64,000 bases of DNA, taken from positions 1 to 64,000 of the IMG/VR virus record IMGVR_UViG_3300028048_000066; one strand, written 5' to 3'. The notes beneath the pieces were generated by a model. The model was not told the origin of the DNA and ran no database searches. It worked only from the letters and a program-made list of their open reading frames with translations. Shown piece by piece: positions 63,320-64,000 of this stretch (its first letter is position 1; each line of letters starts with the position of its first letter). The stretch comes from a virus (Duplodnaviria > Caudoviricetes). Position numbers and translations under genes: made by a program.

Positions 63320-64000
63320 ATGAAACTAAAAGACCTTAAATCATCTATAGAGAACAAAACCTATAAAGAGCACTTCCTAATATTAAAGTGGGAAGATGTT
63401 TCCTTTATTCCTTTTCAGTATGTAAATGCAATAGCACAGGGTTTTGATGGTATTGTGTATGCAGACACATTGGAAGATTGTAAAAAGGAAAGGGACATCT
63501 TTGAGATTGAAGATGCTAACTTATATGTTTACAATGTGCTTGAACTAACAGGAGAGATAGAACCTTCTGATTTGAAGACAACTGTAATCATCTGTAAGAC
63601 ATTTGGAAAGGGTTTTAATAAGGAAAAACTGGGCAGTTTTATTGTAGAAGTACCTAAACTTGAAAACTGGCAGATTTTGTCATATATGAAGTTTAAGTGT
63701 CCAAAAGTTAGAGAAGAAAAGTTGATTTGGTTACAAGAGATTGCTAACAATGACATCTATAGAATTGATAATGAATTATCAAAGATTTCAATGTTTGATG
63801 ACCAAGATTCTATGTTTGACTGTATTCTAAATGACAATGGATATGGTGACTTATCATCTTTTAATATTTACAACCTTTCTAACAACATAAGTAAGAATAA
63901 TGTAAATGAAGTTAGAAAGATTTTACTTGAAATTGATAATATAGATGTAGAACCGTATGGACTTGTAACAAATTTAATTAGGGAATTTAAGAACATTTTA
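63320..64000 (+). CDS. holA: Clamp loader delta-like subunit, 3'-truncated (not in the ORF track)
   Basis: MKLKDLKSSIENK..; ..IANNDIYRIDNELSKI..; follows dnaX and holB; open to the window end. Confidence 0.6.
   Translation, partial: MKLKDLKSSIENKTYKEHFLILKWEDVSFIPFQYVNAIAQGFDGIVYADTLEDCKKERDIFEIEDANLYVYNVLELTGEIEPSDLKTTVIICKTFGKGFNKEKLGSFIVEVPKLENWQILSYMKFKCPKVREEKLIWLQEIANNDIYRIDNELSKISMFDDQDSMFDCILNDNGYGDLSSFNIYNLSNNISKNNVNEVRKILLEIDNIDVEPYGLVTNLIREFKNIL

Noticed and set aside
788-63756. All minus-strand ORFs and short alternate-frame plus-strand ORFs in the track (e.g. 788..970, 53022..53294, 58485..58673, 58807..59103)
   Set aside because: They lie within longer, motif-bearing + strand genes, lack an RBS, and have the S/F/L/I-rich composition of antisense shadows.
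1-64000. Stop-codon reassignment (code 4 or 15)
   Set aside because: Conserved genes are intact in code 11, and TAG and TGA occur at real gene ends. The TGA at 22754 is followed by TAG, so read-through does not explain that site.
1-64000. CRISPR array, tRNA/rRNA genes, integrase, transposase or DGR reverse transcriptase
   Set aside because: No regularly spaced repeats, cloverleaf-sized gaps or matching protein motifs seen; a tRNAscan/Infernal run would confirm.

Overview
This is a 64-kb, AT-rich (roughly 70% by eye) segment of a large myovirus with a T4-like contractile tail. Every credible gene is on the + strand and reads in standard code 11. The host is probably an anaerobic low-GC Gram-positive bacterium, judged from the class III RNR, AGGAG Shine-Dalgarno sites and TG-extended sigmaA promoters. 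The window has three parts. (1) 1-17.2 kb: large acidic modular ORFs interleaved with the gp13-like neck gene. (2) 17.2-38.7 kb: neck, tail terminator, sheath, tube, chaperone, tape measure, baseplate and fibres. (3) 38.8-64 kb: DNA metabolism, with SNF2 helicase, NrdH/D/G, a putative sigma factor, DnaC/DnaB/DnaG, SSB, PolA, beta clamp, RecU, RecA and DnaX/HolB/HolA. Late genes share the motif TGCTAAATTAAATGA; replication genes use sigmaA-type promoters. The most interesting candidate system is in the left arm. These ORFs look like virion-packaged polyproteins whose modules (several ADP-ribosyltransferase-like folds, PcfJ-like, LRR, DUF3846-like, SAM-lyase-like) are separated by [ILVM]-x-E|[SADG] sites resembling prohead-protease cleavage sites. 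Some linker DNA is shared almost exactly between genes, and a nucleotidyltransferase appears split between two genes. Also notable: an RF2-like +1 frameshift in the tail chaperone and apparent avoidance of GATC, CATG and AGCT. All family assignments come from recognising motifs by eye; no database searches were run.
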